From an uncultured Bacilli bacterium (GTDB lineage Bacteria; Bacillota_I; Bacilli_A; RFN20; DUOF01), in NCBI GenBank assembly GCA_934183255.1, contig CAKPSD010000001.1, positions 581,728 to 645,727 of the forward strand: a stretch of DNA of 64,000 bases, written 5' to 3'. The first letter of the stretch is position 1; each line of letters starts with the position of its first letter. The notes under the pieces were generated by a model, which saw nothing but the letters and a program-made list of their open reading frames with translations, did no database searches and was not told the DNA's origin. Below are positions 9,812 to 19,947 of this stretch, one piece after another. Both the position numbers and the translations under genes were made by a program.

Positions 9812-10441
9812 TTAAGCCAAAATTTCTTTTGGATCTTTGCCACGTAAAGCAGCAACTTTTGATACAGTTTTCATATTTTCTATTCCATTAATAGTAGCTC
9901 TAACTACATTAATAGGAGTTCTTGAACCATAAACCTTAGAGTATACATTTTCAATTCCTGCTAATTCAAGTACAGCACGAACTGGTCCTCCAGCAACGAT
10001 TCCAGTACCTATAGGAGCTGGTTTCATGAATACTTTAACAGCACCATATTCTCCCATGATATCGTGTGGGAATGTTCCACCTTTAACCATTGGTACTTTA
10101 TATAAGTTTTTCTTAGCTGCTTCTAATGCTTTCTTTATTGCATCTGGTACTTCGTTAGCTTTACCTGTTCCAAAGCCAACATATCCTTTACCATCACCTA
10201 CAACAACTAAAGCAGAGAAACGCATTTTTCTACCACCTTTTACAGTTTTAGAAATTCTATTGATTGAAACAACTCTTTCTTCGAAACGGTTGTCTTTTTC
10301 TTTTTTAGCTGGTCTAGGAGCACCTTTTTTAGCATTCTTTGTATTTTTACCTTTTTTCTCAGCTTTTTCTTCGCTTACTTCTGCTACTTCAGTATTTTCA
10401 GTTACTTCAGTTTCAACTACTTTTTCTTCAGTTTTCTTCAT
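9812..10441 (-). CDS. rpsE: 30S ribosomal protein S5 with ~45-aa Lys/Glu-rich N-terminal extension
   Basis: [43 protein letters not shown] core. RBS AGGAGGG. No rpmD between this gene and rplO (22-nt gap). Confidence 0.9.
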   Translation of the reverse strand: MKKTEEKVVETEVTENTEVAEVSEEKAEKKGKNTKNAKKGAPRPAKKEKDNRFEERVVSINRISKTVKGGRKMRFSALVVVGDGKGYVGFGTGKANEVPDAIKKALEAAKKNLYKVPMVKGGTFPHDIMGEYGAVKVFMKPAPIGTGIVAGGPVRAVLELAGIENVYSKVYGSRTPINVVRATINGIENMKTVSKVAALRGKDPKEILA

Positions 10442-10454
10442 TCATTTACCCTCC

Positions 10455-10811
10455 TTAGAAATTTAATCCAGCTTCTCTAGCTGCTTCAGCTAAAGCTTTA
10501 ACTCTACCATGATATACATATCCGCCTCTATCGAATACAACGTTTGTAATATTCTTTTCTAAAGCTTTTTTAGCTATATCTGTTCCAACTTTTGTAGCTG
10601 CATCTACATTAGATGAATTTTCTAGCTTTAAAGCTAATGTTGAAGAACTTACTAATGTTGTTCCTGTTGTATCATCAATAATTTGAGCAAAGATATGAGC
10701 ATTAGAACGGTATACATTTAAACGTGGGCATGTAGAAGTTCCTGAAATTTTTGCTCTAACTCTAGCATGACGTTTTTGTCTTGTTTCATTTTTTGATGTT
10801 TTATTAATCAT
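10455..10811 (-). CDS. rplR: 50S ribosomal protein L18
   Basis: [12 protein letters not shown]...[17 protein letters not shown]. Confidence 0.9.
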   Translation of the reverse strand: MINKTSKNETRQKRHARVRAKISGTSTCPRLNVYRSNAHIFAQIIDDTTGTTLVSSSTLALKLENSSNVDAATKVGTDIAKKALEKNITNVVFDRGGYVYHGRVKALAEAAREAGLNF

Positions 10812-10831
10812 ATTCTATCCTACCTTTCTAC

Positions 10832-11377
10832 CTATTTCTTACCTGCTTTTTTACCGACTTTACGACGGATTCTTTCGCCTTTATACATTACACCTTTACC
10901 TGAATATGGTTCTGGTCTTCTTGAATCTCTAATAGTTGCAGCCATTTGTCCAACTGCTTCTTTATCGATACCTGAAACTGTAATTTCTGTTTGGCTAGGA
11001 ACTTCAAATTTTACTCCTGCAACTGGTTCGATTGTAACTGGATGAGAATATCCAACATTTAATACAACGTTGTTACCAACTAATTGAGCACGATAACCAA
11101 TACCTTTAATTTCTAGTTCCTTTTTAAAACCATTGTGAACTCCTTCAACCATACCATTTAACAAAGCTCTTGTAGTACCATGTAATTGTTTAGTTGATTT
11201 TTCATCATTTGGTCTTGAAACTTTTACTTCGTTTCCATTAACTTTAATAGTTAATTTATCACAGAATTTTTTAGTAAGAGATCCTTTAGGTCCATTAACT
11301 GTAACTAAATTTCCTTCACCTACAGTAACATTAACACCTTCAGGTAATACGATAACTTTATTTCCTATACGTGACAT
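10832..11377 (-). CDS. rplF: 50S ribosomal protein L6
   Basis: Start moved to MSRIGNKVIVLPEGV (RBS AGGAGG). The upstream in-frame Met would overlap rpsH. Confidence 0.9.
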   Translation of the reverse strand: MSRIGNKVIVLPEGVNVTVGEGNLVTVNGPKGSLTKKFCDKLTIKVNGNEVKVSRPNDEKSTKQLHGTTRALLNGMVEGVHNGFKKELEIKGIGYRAQLVGNNVVLNVGYSHPVTIEPVAGVKFEVPSQTEITVSGIDKEAVGQMAATIRDSRRPEPYSGKGVMYKGERIRRKVGKKAGKK

Positions 11378-11388
11378 ATTGTTACCTC

Positions 11389-11781
11389 CTACCAAACATA
11401 AGCAAGAACTTCTCCGCCTGTGCCTAACTTTCTTGCTTTCTTATCGCACATTAATCCAGATGAAGTAGAAATAATTGCTATTCCTAATCCTTTTAATACT
11501 TTTGGTAATTCATCTGCTTGAGCATAAACTCTTAATCCTGGTTTAGAAATACGTTTAATTCCTGAAATAACTCTTTCTGAACCATTATATTTTAATTGCA
11601 TAGATAGTACTTTTTTGCTATCTCCTGTAACACTATAATCAGCAATATAACCTTCTTCTTTAAGAATCTTAGCTATTTCAACTTTGATTTTGCTTGAAGG
11701 CATTGTTACTGTTTCATTACGCATTTGGTTAGCATTACGAATTCTAGTAAGCATATCTGCTATTGGATCTGTCATAACCAT
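11389..11781 (-). CDS. rpsH: 30S ribosomal protein S8
   Basis: [17 protein letters not shown]. Confidence 0.9.
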   Translation of the reverse strand: MVMTDPIADMLTRIRNANQMRNETVTMPSSKIKVEIAKILKEEGYIADYSVTGDSKKVLSMQLKYNGSERVISGIKRISKPGLRVYAQADELPKVLKGLGIAIISTSSGLMCDKKARKLGTGGEVLAYVW

Positions 11782-11802
11782 AATTTTATTTCCTCCTTAC
11801 TC

Positions 11803-11988
11803 TTACCAGCTTGCCTTTTTAAGTCCTGGAATTTGGCCTTCATAAGCTAATTCTCTAAGACATATACGGCAAAGTTTAAATTTACGAATTACTGAATGAG
11901 GACGTCCACAACGCTCACATCTAGTATATTCTCTAACTTTATATTTTTTAGGTCTGTTATACTTTGCTATCATTGATTTTTTTGCCAT
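11803..11988 (-). CDS. rpsN: 30S ribosomal protein S14, zinc-binding type Z
   Basis: 61 aa. [25 protein letters not shown] (C-x2-C...C-x2-C). Confidence 0.9.
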   Translation of the reverse strand: MAKKSMIAKYNRPKKYKVREYTRCERCGRPHSVIRKFKLCRICLRELAYEGQIPGLKKASW

Positions 11989-12002
11989 TGTTTAATTCCT
12001 CC

Positions 12003-12611
12003 TTACTTTGTGAACGGCATACCTAATCCTTCAAGAAGACTTAAAGCTTCTTTATCAGATTTAGCCGTTGTAACAATTACAATATCCATTCCACGAATTA
12101 CATTAACTTGATCATAATTAATTTCAGGGAAAATAATTTGTTCTCTAATACCTAATGTATAATTTCCTCTTCCATCAAATGAATTTTTAGAAATACCATG
12201 GAAGTCTCTTATACGAGGCATTGAGATAGTCATTAACTTATCTAAGAATTGATACATTCTATTACCACGTAAAGTTACTTTACAACCAATTGGGTTACCT
12301 TCTCTTAATTTGAAAGAAGCAATTGATTTTTTAGCTTTAGTGATAACTGGTTTTTGACCAGTGATTGCTGTTAATTCATTTACAGATTCTTCAAGTAATT
12401 TTGCATTCTTAGTTGCATCACCAACACCAATGTTTATAACTACTTTTTCAATTTTAGGAGTTTCCATTATTGTTTTGTAATTATATTCTTTCATTAATGT
12501 AGGAACAACTTCATCTAAGTATTTATACTTTAATCTTACTGAAGTATCTCTTTCCTTATTAGCTTTTGGAGCTGCTGTTTTAGCAGTTGTTGTTTTCTTT
12601 GTTTCAGCCAT
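12003..12611 (-). CDS. rplE: 50S ribosomal protein L5 with ~20-aa Lys/Thr/Ala-rich N-terminal extension
   Basis: [20 protein letters not shown] core. RBS AGGAGG at the extended start. Confidence 0.9.
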   Translation of the reverse strand: MAETKKTTTAKTAAPKANKERDTSVRLKYKYLDEVVPTLMKEYNYKTIMETPKIEKVVINIGVGDATKNAKLLEESVNELTAITGQKPVITKAKKSIASFKLREGNPIGCKVTLRGNRMYQFLDKLMTISMPRIRDFHGISKNSFDGRGNYTLGIREQIIFPEINYDQVNVIRGMDIVIVTTAKSDKEALSLLEGLGMPFTK

Positions 12612-12622
12612 AATTTACCTCC

Positions 12623-12931
12623 TTATGCTATTACAGTAGATGACTTTTTAGTCATTCTTACTTTTTTTCCATCTTTAACTTCATATTTAACTTTTGTTGC
12701 TTTCTTTGTTTTAGGATCAACATAAGCTACATTTGAAACATGAATAGGAGCTTCTTTTTCAGTAATTTTTCCTTCAGGTTCAGCTTGATTAGGTTTTACA
12801 TGTTTTTTAACCATGTTTAATCCACCAACTATAACTTTGTCTTCACGAGGAAGAACTTTTGTAATAGTTCCTTCTTTTCCTTTTTCGCTTCCTGCGATAA
12901 CTACTACTTTATCACCTTTTTTTAATCTCAT
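12623..12931 (-). CDS. rplX: 50S ribosomal protein L24
   Basis: [24 protein letters not shown] domain. Confidence 0.9.
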   Translation of the reverse strand: MRLKKGDKVVVIAGSEKGKEGTITKVLPREDKVIVGGLNMVKKHVKPNQAEPEGKITEKEAPIHVSNVAYVDPKTKKATKVKYEVKDGKKVRMTKKSSTVIA

Positions 12932-12945
12932 AGTTTTTTAACCTC

Positions 12946-13320
12946 CTATAATACTTCTGATGCTAGAGAAACAATTTTCATGCATCCTGCACCTTTTTCA
13001 CGAAGTTCTCTTGCTACTGGTCCAAATACACGTGTACCACGTGGAGAACCATCAGCCTTTAATAGTACTATTGCATTGTCATCAAACTTAATATGAGAAC
13101 CATCTGGACGGTTAACACCATATTTAGTACGAACGATAATACCTTTTACTACATCACCTTTTTTAACAGCAGCATTAGGAATAGCATCCTTAACTGCACA
13201 AACAACTATATCACCTATATTTGCTTTTTTTCTGAATGATCCACCGATCAATCTAAATACTCTAACGCTACGAGCTCCAGAGTTATCTGCTACAACTAAA
13301 TTTGTTTCATTTTGTACCAT
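12946..13320 (-). CDS. rplN: 50S ribosomal protein L14
   Basis: [17 protein letters not shown]. Confidence 0.92.
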   Translation of the reverse strand: MVQNETNLVVADNSGARSVRVFRLIGGSFRKKANIGDIVVCAVKDAIPNAAVKKGDVVKGIIVRTKYGVNRPDGSHIKFDDNAIVLLKADGSPRGTRVFGPVARELREKGAGCMKIVSLASEVL

Positions 13321-13337
13321 ATTAATTTACCTCCAGA

Positions 13338-13598
13338 CTAAGCGATACTAGCCTTTTTAACAACTTCTACTAAACGGAAGTGCTTAGTAGCAGATAAAGG
13401 TCTAGTTTCCATAATTTTAACTGTATCACCCATTGATGCTACACCGTTTTCATCATGAGCTTTGTATTTTTTAGAATATTTAACTCTTTTATGGTATATA
13501 GGATGATTTTTATAAGTTTCTACTAAAACAGTAATTGTTTTATCCATTTTGTCAGACACAACAGTGCCAGTTAGTACTTTTCTTGAATTTCTTTCCAT
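13338..13598 (-). CDS. rpsQ: 30S ribosomal protein S17
   Basis: [22 protein letters not shown]. Confidence 0.9.
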   Translation of the reverse strand: MERNSRKVLTGTVVSDKMDKTITVLVETYKNHPIYHKRVKYSKKYKAHDENGVASMGDTVKIMETRPLSATKHFRLVEVVKKASIA

Positions 13599-13618
13599 AT
13601 CTCTCTTACCTCCCTACA

Positions 13619-13822
13619 CTATTGCGCATTGCGTTGCTCTAACACAGTAAGCATACGAGCAATAGTCTTACGTATTTTCTTTAATTCATTAGGATTTTCT
13701 AATTGTCCTGTAGCGTGTTGGAATCTTAATGTAAAATATTGTTGTTTTAAATCTTTTACTTGACTCTCTATTTCGCTAGTTTCTAATTTTCTGATTTCTT
13801 CAGCGTTCATATTACTCACCAC
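13619..13822 (-). CDS. rpmC: 50S ribosomal protein L29
   Basis: 67 aa helical. Position between rplP and rpsQ. Confidence 0.85.
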   Translation of the reverse strand: MVSNMNAEEIRKLETSEIESQVKDLKQQYFTLRFQHATGQLENPNELKKIRKTIARMLTVLEQRNAQ

Positions 13823-14228
13823 ACTTCCTTGTTACAACTTTACATTTAATTGGTAATTTTTGAGCTGCTAATCTTAATGCTTCACAAGCTTGTTCTGCAG
13901 GAATTTCATCCATTTCAAATAAGATTGTTCCGTTTTTAACTACAGCTACCCATTGATCTGGAGCACCTTTACCAGCACCCATACGAACCTCTAATGGTTT
14001 TTTAGATTTTGATAGATGTGGGAATATTCTAATCCAAATCTTTCCTTGTCTTTTTGTATATCTAGCTAAACAAATACGAGCTGCTTCTATTTGTCTATTT
14101 GTAATCCAAGCACCTTCAACTGCTTGTAATCCATATTGACCATATGATAATTCTGTATTTCCTTTTGCTTTACCTTCATATGAAATTTTATGAGGTCTTC
14201 TATATTTAACTCTCTTTGGTAATAACAT
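13812..14228 (-). CDS. rplP: 50S ribosomal protein L16
   Basis: [14 protein letters not shown]. Confidence 0.92.
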   Translation of the reverse strand: MLLPKRVKYRRPHKISYEGKAKGNTELSYGQYGLQAVEGAWITNRQIEAARICLARYTKRQGKIWIRIFPHLSKSKKPLEVRMGAGKGAPDQWVAVVKNGTILFEMDEIPAEQACEALRLAAQKLPIKCKVVTRKCGE

Positions 14229-14233
14229 ATTAG

Positions 14234-14902
14234 TTACTCTCCTTTCGTTTCTTCAACGTTTTTAGTTTTCTTTTCAGGAAGGATTTCACCACGGCAGATC
14301 CAAACCTTAACACCTAAACGTCCATATGTTGTATGTGCTTCGCTCATTGCGTAATCTATATCAGCACGTAATGTATGTAATGGAACGATTCCATCGCTAT
14401 ATCCTTCGCTTCTAGCAATATCTGCCCCGCCAAGTCTACCTGATACTAAAGTTTTAACTCCTTTAGCTCCAGCCTTCATTACTCTTTGCATAGCTTTCTT
14501 TTGAGCTGTTCTGAATGAAGCACGGTTTTCTAATTGTTCTGCAATCCATCTTGATACAACTTTTGCATCTAAATCAGGATTTTCAACTTCGATTACATTT
14601 AATTTAACTGTCTTACCTTTAGCTATTTTTCCAATTTCTTTAGTAAGAGTTTCTACATTTTTACCATCTTGTCCAATGATGATTCCAGGACGAGCTGCAG
14701 TAACGTTTACTGTTACATTGTCTTTTGTTTTTTCGATTACGATTTTAGAAATTACTGCATCCTTTAATTTAGAATTTAATAATTTTCTAATTTTGATATC
14801 TTCATGTAAATAAGTAGCGAAATCTTTTTCTGAATACCATTTTGATTCCCAATCTTTATTTACTCCAATACGCATTCCTACTGGACTAACTTTTTGACCC
14901 AT
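14234..14902 (-). CDS. rpsC: 30S ribosomal protein S3
   Basis: [24 protein letters not shown] domain. Confidence 0.92.
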   Translation of the reverse strand: MGQKVSPVGMRIGVNKDWESKWYSEKDFATYLHEDIKIRKLLNSKLKDAVISKIVIEKTKDNVTVNVTAARPGIIIGQDGKNVETLTKEIGKIAKGKTVKLNVIEVENPDLDAKVVSRWIAEQLENRASFRTAQKKAMQRVMKAGAKGVKTLVSGRLGGADIARSEGYSDGIVPLHTLRADIDYAMSEAHTTYGRLGVKVWICRGEILPEKKTKNVEETKGE

Positions 14903-14916
14903 GTTTTGTGCTCCTC

Positions 14917-15261
14917 CTATCTTTCTGCAACAACCACATTGATGTGGCTTGTTTTCTTAACTAAACCTGATGCTCTACCTTTAGCTCTAGGCATAAATCT
15001 TTTCATTTTTATACCTTCATCAGCATATATTTCTTTAACAAATAATTTATCTTGATTCATTCCATGATTGTTAACAGCATTTGCTGCAGCTGAATTAATA
15101 AGTTTTAAGACTATTGGTGAAGCTGCTTTGTTAACATTTTTTAATATTGCTTGAGCTTCAGCTACTGATTTACCGCGAACTAAATCAATAACCAATCTTG
15201 CTTTTCTTGGAGTAACACCAACGTTACTAACAGATGCTTTTGCTTCAATTATGTTTTCCAT
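14917..15261 (-). CDS. rplV: 50S ribosomal protein L22
   Basis: [24 protein letters not shown]. Confidence 0.9.
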   Translation of the reverse strand: MENIIEAKASVSNVGVTPRKARLVIDLVRGKSVAEAQAILKNVNKAASPIVLKLINSAAANAVNNHGMNQDKLFVKEIYADEGIKMKRFMPRAKGRASGLVKKTSHINVVVAER

Positions 15262-15272
15262 GTGTTTACCCC

Positions 15273-15566
15273 CTACTTAGCTTTGTTTGCTGCTTTATCT
15301 TCAGCAGTGTGACCTTTGTGTCCTGTGTATTTTCTTGTTGGAGAAAATTCTCCTAATTTATGACCTACCATATCTTCTGTAACATATACAGGTACGTGTT
15401 CTCTACCATTGTGAACAGCAAATGTTAAGCCAATGAATTGTGGGAAGATTGTTGATCTTCTTGACCACGTTTTGATTACTTCTTTCTTTCCTGATGCTTG
15501 CATTGCTTCAACTTTTTTCATTAAATGTTCATCACAGAAAGGTCCTTTTTTTAAACTTCTAGCCAT
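15273..15566 (-). CDS. rpsS: 30S ribosomal protein S19
   Basis: [20 protein letters not shown]...[24 protein letters not shown]. Confidence 0.92.
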   Translation of the reverse strand: MARSLKKGPFCDEHLMKKVEAMQASGKKEVIKTWSRRSTIFPQFIGLTFAVHNGREHVPVYVTEDMVGHKLGEFSPTRKYTGHKGHTAEDKAANKAK

Positions 15567-15580
15567 TTCGTTTATCCTCC

Positions 15581-16414
15581 TTATTTACCATTACGTCTTC
15601 TTACTATTAATTTAGTAGAAGCTTTTTTGTTATTTCTTGTCTTAACACCTAGTGCACGTTTACCCCATGGTGTTCTTGGTGCATCATGTCCTACTGGGCT
15701 CTTACCTTCACCACCACCGTGTGGGTGATCATTAGGGTTCATAACAGATCCACGAACTGTAGGTCTTGTGCCATTCCATCTTGTACGTCCTGCTTTACCA
15801 AGTTTTACTAAGCTGTAATCTTCGTTACCTACAATACCAACTGTAGCTCTACAAGTTCCTAATACTTTTCTAACTTCTTTTGAAGTTAAACGTATTATTA
15901 CATAATTACCTTCTTTACCAAGGATTTGAGCACTAGTACCAGCAGCTCTAACTAATTGGCCACCTTTACCAGGATATAATTCAATATTATGGATAAATGT
16001 ACCTTCTGGGATATTTTTTAATGCTAATGCATTGCCAACTTTAATATCAGTTTCTTCACCAGATACAACTTGATTTCCAACTTCTAATCCTTTTGGAGCA
16101 AGGATATATCTTTTTTCTCCATCTGTATAATTGATTAATGCTATATTAGCGCTTCTATTTGGATCGTATTCAATTGCTGCAACACTTCCTACAACTCCAT
16201 CTTTATTTCTTTTAAAATCAATTAAACGATATTTTCTTTTATGTCCTCCACCAATGTGACGACATGTGATCTTTCCCTGACTATTTCTTCCACCAGTTTT
16301 ATTTAAATTAACTAATAGTGACTTTTCAGGAGATTTCTTTGTTATTTCTTCATTTGTTAATGTTGTCATATTACGACGACCATTCGAAGTAGCTTTATAT
16401 GCTTTTATACTCAT
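15581..16414 (-). CDS. rplB: 50S ribosomal protein L2
   Basis: 277 aa. [18 protein letters not shown] and HPHGGGEG. Confidence 0.95.
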   Translation of the reverse strand: MSIKAYKATSNGRRNMTTLTNEEITKKSPEKSLLVNLNKTGGRNSQGKITCRHIGGGHKRKYRLIDFKRNKDGVVGSVAAIEYDPNRSANIALINYTDGEKRYILAPKGLEVGNQVVSGEETDIKVGNALALKNIPEGTFIHNIELYPGKGGQLVRAAGTSAQILGKEGNYVIIRLTSKEVRKVLGTCRATVGIVGNEDYSLVKLGKAGRTRWNGTRPTVRGSVMNPNDHPHGGGEGKSPVGHDAPRTPWGKRALGVKTRNNKKASTKLIVRRRNGK

Positions 16415-16443
16415 CTTTTTTTCCTCCTATATTTTAATATTTA

Positions 16444-16836
16444 TTAATTCTTTAATAGATCAAGAGATTGACCTTCTGCTAATGTAATAACAGCTTTCTT
16501 ATAAGAACTTGTTTTACCAGAATATTTTCCAACTCTTTTATCTTTTGCTCTAACATTTGAAACATTTACTTGTTTAACTTTAACACCGAAGATTGCTTCA
16601 AATGCATTTTTAATTTCGATCTTATTAGAATTCTTATTAACTTGAACAGTAATTTTATTTAATGTTTCCATATTCTTCATTGTTTCTTCTGAAAGAATAG
16701 GTTTAACTATACATTCATAACTTTTTACAGTTGTTTTTCCAACTTTTGCTGTTTCTTTAGCAGCCTTTTTAGAAGTTTTCTTTTCTTTTACTTCAGCAGT
16801 TTTTACTTCTACTGCTTCGTTTGTTTTCTTTGCCAT
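16444..16836 (-). CDS. rplW: 50S ribosomal protein L23 with ~35-aa Lys-rich N-terminal extension
   Basis: YECIVKPILSEETM...KITVQVNKNSNKIEIKNAFEAIFGVKV. RBS GAGGAGG at the extended start. Confidence 0.88.
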   Translation of the reverse strand: MAKKTNEAVEVKTAEVKEKKTSKKAAKETAKVGKTTVKSYECIVKPILSEETMKNMETLNKITVQVNKNSNKIEIKNAFEAIFGVKVKQVNVSNVRAKDKRVGKYSGKTSSYKKAVITLAEGQSLDLLKN

Positions 16837-17468
16837 TATGCTAATACCTCCTCAATTGATTTAACTGCATCTAGAGTCATTACTACGCTATCGCTATTTG
16901 CAACATCATATACATTTACTTCATCTGCAAATAATACTAATACGTTAGGTAAATTTGACATTGATAATAAAGCTTCATAATTAACGCTATCTTCGCTAAC
17001 AACAAATAATGTTTTATTTTTTGTATTAAGAGTTTTCAACATTTCTGCCATTGCTTTAGTTTGTGGCTTTTCACATTTGATTTCATTTAATATAACTAGA
17101 TTATTATTTTTAACTTTTTCACTTAACACTGATTTTAATGCTAGTTGATATTCTTTCTTGTTTTGCTTAATAGTGAAGTTTTGAACTCCTGTAGGTCCAA
17201 ACACAACTCCTCCGCCTCTCCATTGAGGTGAACGTGTAGATCCTTGTCTAGCTCTACCAGTTCCTTTTTGTCTCCATGGTTTACGTCCGCCTCCGCTTAC
17301 TTCATCTCTCTTTTTAGTTTTAGCTGTAGCTTGACGACTATTTGCCATGTAAACTTGAATTGCATCATATACAACGTTTTCATTTGGCTTAACACCAAAT
17401 ACATTTTTATTTAATTCAACTTCTTCTACTTTAGCACCTGTTTGATTTAAAACGTCCATTGCTTTCAT
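16836..17468 (-). CDS. rplD: 50S ribosomal protein L4
   Basis: GGGRKPWRQKGTGRARQGS.RSPQWRGGG. Confidence 0.92.
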   Translation of the reverse strand: MKAMDVLNQTGAKVEEVELNKNVFGVKPNENVVYDAIQVYMANSRQATAKTKKRDEVSGGGRKPWRQKGTGRARQGSTRSPQWRGGGVVFGPTGVQNFTIKQNKKEYQLALKSVLSEKVKNNNLVILNEIKCEKPQTKAMAEMLKTLNTKNKTLFVVSEDSVNYEALLSMSNLPNVLVLFADEVNVYDVANSDSVVMTLDAVKSIEEVLA

Positions 17469-17487
17469 TTAACTTTTCCTCCTATCA

Positions 17488-18177
17488 TTACTCAGCTGCT
17501 GCTTCGTTAGAATAGTTTACTAAAGTTTTAGCTTTAGGACTTTTCTTTTGAACTTTAACAGCACTTCTAATAGTTACTAAACCTCTATTTGGTCCAGGAA
17601 TACATCCTTTTACCAAAATAGCATTCTTTGTAGCATCTACTGATACAACTTCTAAGTTTAATATAGTAGCTTGCTCATTTCCTTCATGACCTGGCATTTT
17701 CTTTCCTGGATGAATTCTGTTGTTAGTACGACCAACTGTAGCCATTGAGCCAACGCCTCTGTGGTAACCAGAACCATGTCCTTTAGGTCCGATTTTATTT
17801 CCGTGTCTTTTAACACTACCAGCAAATCCTTTACCCTTAGATGTACCAATTACATCAATTGCTTCTCCTACTTTGAATAAGTCAGCAGTAACTGTTTGAC
17901 CAACTTCATAACCTGTTAATTCGTCACCTTTAATTTCTCTAACGAATTGTTTAGTTGTTGTGTTAGCTTTAGTAAAAATTCCTTTTAATGGTTTAGAAGT
18001 AATATTTTCTCTTTTTTCTTCATATCCTATTTGAAGAGCATCATAACCATCTTTTTCAACTGTTTTCTTTTGTAAAACAACATTTGGTAGAACTTCAACT
18101 ACTGTAACAGGAATCATAGCGCCTTCAGTAGTGAAAACTTGTGTCATACCAACTTTTCTTCCTAATATAGATTTCAT
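17488..18177 (-). CDS. rplC: 50S ribosomal protein L3
   Basis: MKSILGRKVGMTQVFT. 229 aa. Confidence 0.92.
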   Translation of the reverse strand: MKSILGRKVGMTQVFTTEGAMIPVTVVEVLPNVVLQKKTVEKDGYDALQIGYEEKRENITSKPLKGIFTKANTTTKQFVREIKGDELTGYEVGQTVTADLFKVGEAIDVIGTSKGKGFAGSVKRHGNKIGPKGHGSGYHRGVGSMATVGRTNNRIHPGKKMPGHEGNEQATILNLEVVSVDATKNAILVKGCIPGPNRGLVTIRSAVKVQKKSPKAKTLVNYSNEAAAE

Positions 18178-18198
18178 ATCTAGCTTTCCTCCTTTAAA

Positions 18199-18510
18199 TT
18201 ACAGTTTGATTTCGATATCAACACCACTAGGTAAATCTAATCTAGTTAATGTATCTACAGTCTTAGCAGTAGGATTAACGATATCAATTAATCTTTTGTG
18301 AGTTCTCATTTCAAATTGTTCACGAGAATCTTTATATTTGTGTACAGCTCTTAAAATTGTATATACTTGTTTCTCTGTTGGTAGAGGTACAGGTCCTACA
18401 ACTTTTGCTCCTGTAGCTTTTGCTGCTTCAATAATTTTTAATGATGAAGCATCAAGAATTTTGTGATCGTATGCTTTTAACTTAATACGAATCTTATTTG
18501 ACTTTGCCAT
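18199..18510 (-). CDS. rpsJ: 30S ribosomal protein S10
   Basis: [14 protein letters not shown]...[35 protein letters not shown]. Confidence 0.95.
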   Translation of the reverse strand: MAKSNKIRIKLKAYDHKILDASSLKIIEAAKATGAKVVGPVPLPTEKQVYTILRAVHKYKDSREQFEMRTHKRLIDIVNPTAKTVDTLTRLDLPSGVDIEIKL

Positions 18511-18672
18511 TTAACATTTCCCCTTTCGTCTAAAATCTGGCTTAGACAGTGCTCAATGTGAATTCCCTGATATGCTTGGGTGGTTATGACAACCTTTATC
18601 GGCGTATCAGCAACCTCGCATTTCACAGCACATGCAAGCAAGATTATATATCACGTATGACACTATGTCAAG
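18511..18672 (-). promoter_or_regulatory. S10-operon promoter (TTGACA-17-TATAAT) plus ~125-nt GC-enriched structured 5' leader
   Basis: On the minus strand: TTGACA (complement of 18667-18672), 17-bp spacer, TATAAT (complement of 18643-18648). The leader 18511-18635 is clearly more GC-rich than the surroundings and contains complementary segments (GCTGATACGCC / GGTTGTCATAACCACCC). Confidence 0.55.
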
Positions 18673-19104
18673 AAAAATTTTATTTTTTTATTTAATCACT
18701 TTTTATATATATGTTTTTCGCTATTTTTTTAGTTTTAATAATACTATGTATTATTAAGAATGTATTTTGCATTGTTTTTATAAGTTTGTAAATTTTCTGA
18801 TTACTAATCATATAGTATATATATTTATATTGTTATTTGTTTTTTTATTTAATCATTTGTAACACTAAATTTTCAAAATTTAAATCATTTATTTGCTTTA
18901 TTTTTGTTCAAAAGTTCTCAAAAAAATAAAAAATATTAAATTAATTTATCTATAAGTTTCATGTGAAACAAACCCTTTATATATATCATTCATTGTAGTT
19001 TAGCAAAACATCAAATAAAAAAAGCAAAATTTTATATTATCACAATTTATTTATATTCGCTTATTATTTATAGTATATGCATTAAAGGGTTTCGTTAAAA
19101 ATTT

Positions 19105-19131
19105 CGTATAAAAAAAGTTGCCTATTGCAAC
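19105..19131 (-). terminator. Rho-independent terminator ending the Ca-ATPase/membrane-protein operon (bidirectional hairpin)
   Basis: AGTTGC-CTAT-TGCAACT hairpin, flanked by A7 on one side and a T-rich run on the other. Confidence 0.55.
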
Positions 19132-19922
19132 TTTTCTTTTGTTTCTTTTTCAGCGTCTTTATTAAGAACATTAATAATATCTGTATTTTCTATTTCTACT
19201 GGCAAAACCTTTTTCTTTTCTATAAACCATTTTATTGCTGTGTGACTTTTTTTTCTTTTTAAATCTATATAACTTATTATCGCCATTACTAATGCCCCGG
19301 CTGTGTCTAGCATCAAATCTTTCATTGTATCAAACAGTGCCGCTCTTCCAAGGAATGGTTTCCTTGTAACCGAATCACTATATCGTTGCATATTAGAACC
19401 AGTTATTGCATCTGCTGTAAATTCTACAAATTCCCATAACACTCCAACGGTTATAGAGAAGCAAACAACAAACAAAGCTACAAACAAGGGGTTAAGTTTC
19501 AAATCAACTTTTTCAGAATTATTTAATAATCTTATAATTGAAAATCCTAATATAGCAAGCATTGATCCAGATAAAGTATGAAGTATAGAATCGAACACTT
19601 TGCTTTTTACATACAATTCACCAATTTCTCCAACCACAAAATGTGCTAGGCAAAATACCATAAATACAACACTCATTACATTAGGAACACTTACTTTACC
19701 TGTTTTTTCTATAAACCCTGGAACAAACGTACACATTAACATCATAAACGACTGTGCCGCATTAAACATTGCTCGGCTTTTTTGACTATCATCTTTATCA
19801 GTAAAGAACGCTACAACATTCGCGACAAACAAGATTGTTATAATAACCCTTACCACCGCATACATAATTTTTGTTTTTTCTATTTTTCTTTTTCTGACTC
19901 GTTTTTCTTTTTTTGCCGTCAT
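19122..19922 (-). CDS. Hypothetical polytopic membrane protein co-transcribed with the Ca2+-ATPase
   Basis: 266 aa. Basic N-terminus and ~6 hydrophobic helices. 25-nt gap after the ATPase stop, same strand. Confidence 0.5.
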   Translation of the reverse strand: MTAKKEKRVRKRKIEKTKIMYAVVRVIITILFVANVVAFFTDKDDSQKSRAMFNAAQSFMMLMCTFVPGFIEKTGKVSVPNVMSVVFMVFCLAHFVVGEIGELYVKSKVFDSILHTLSGSMLAILGFSIIRLLNNSEKVDLKLNPLFVALFVVCFSITVGVLWEFVEFTADAITGSNMQRYSDSVTRKPFLGRAALFDTMKDLMLDTAGALVMAIISYIDLKRKKSHTAIKWFIEKKKVLPVEIENTDIINVLNKDAEKETKEKLQ

Positions 19923-19947
19923 AAATATAAAACCTCACTTCAATTAA

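Noticed and set aside
10026-10466. 146-aa plus-strand ORF overlapping rpsE/rplR
   Set aside because: Antisense to conserved ribosomal protein genes. Composition-driven open frame.
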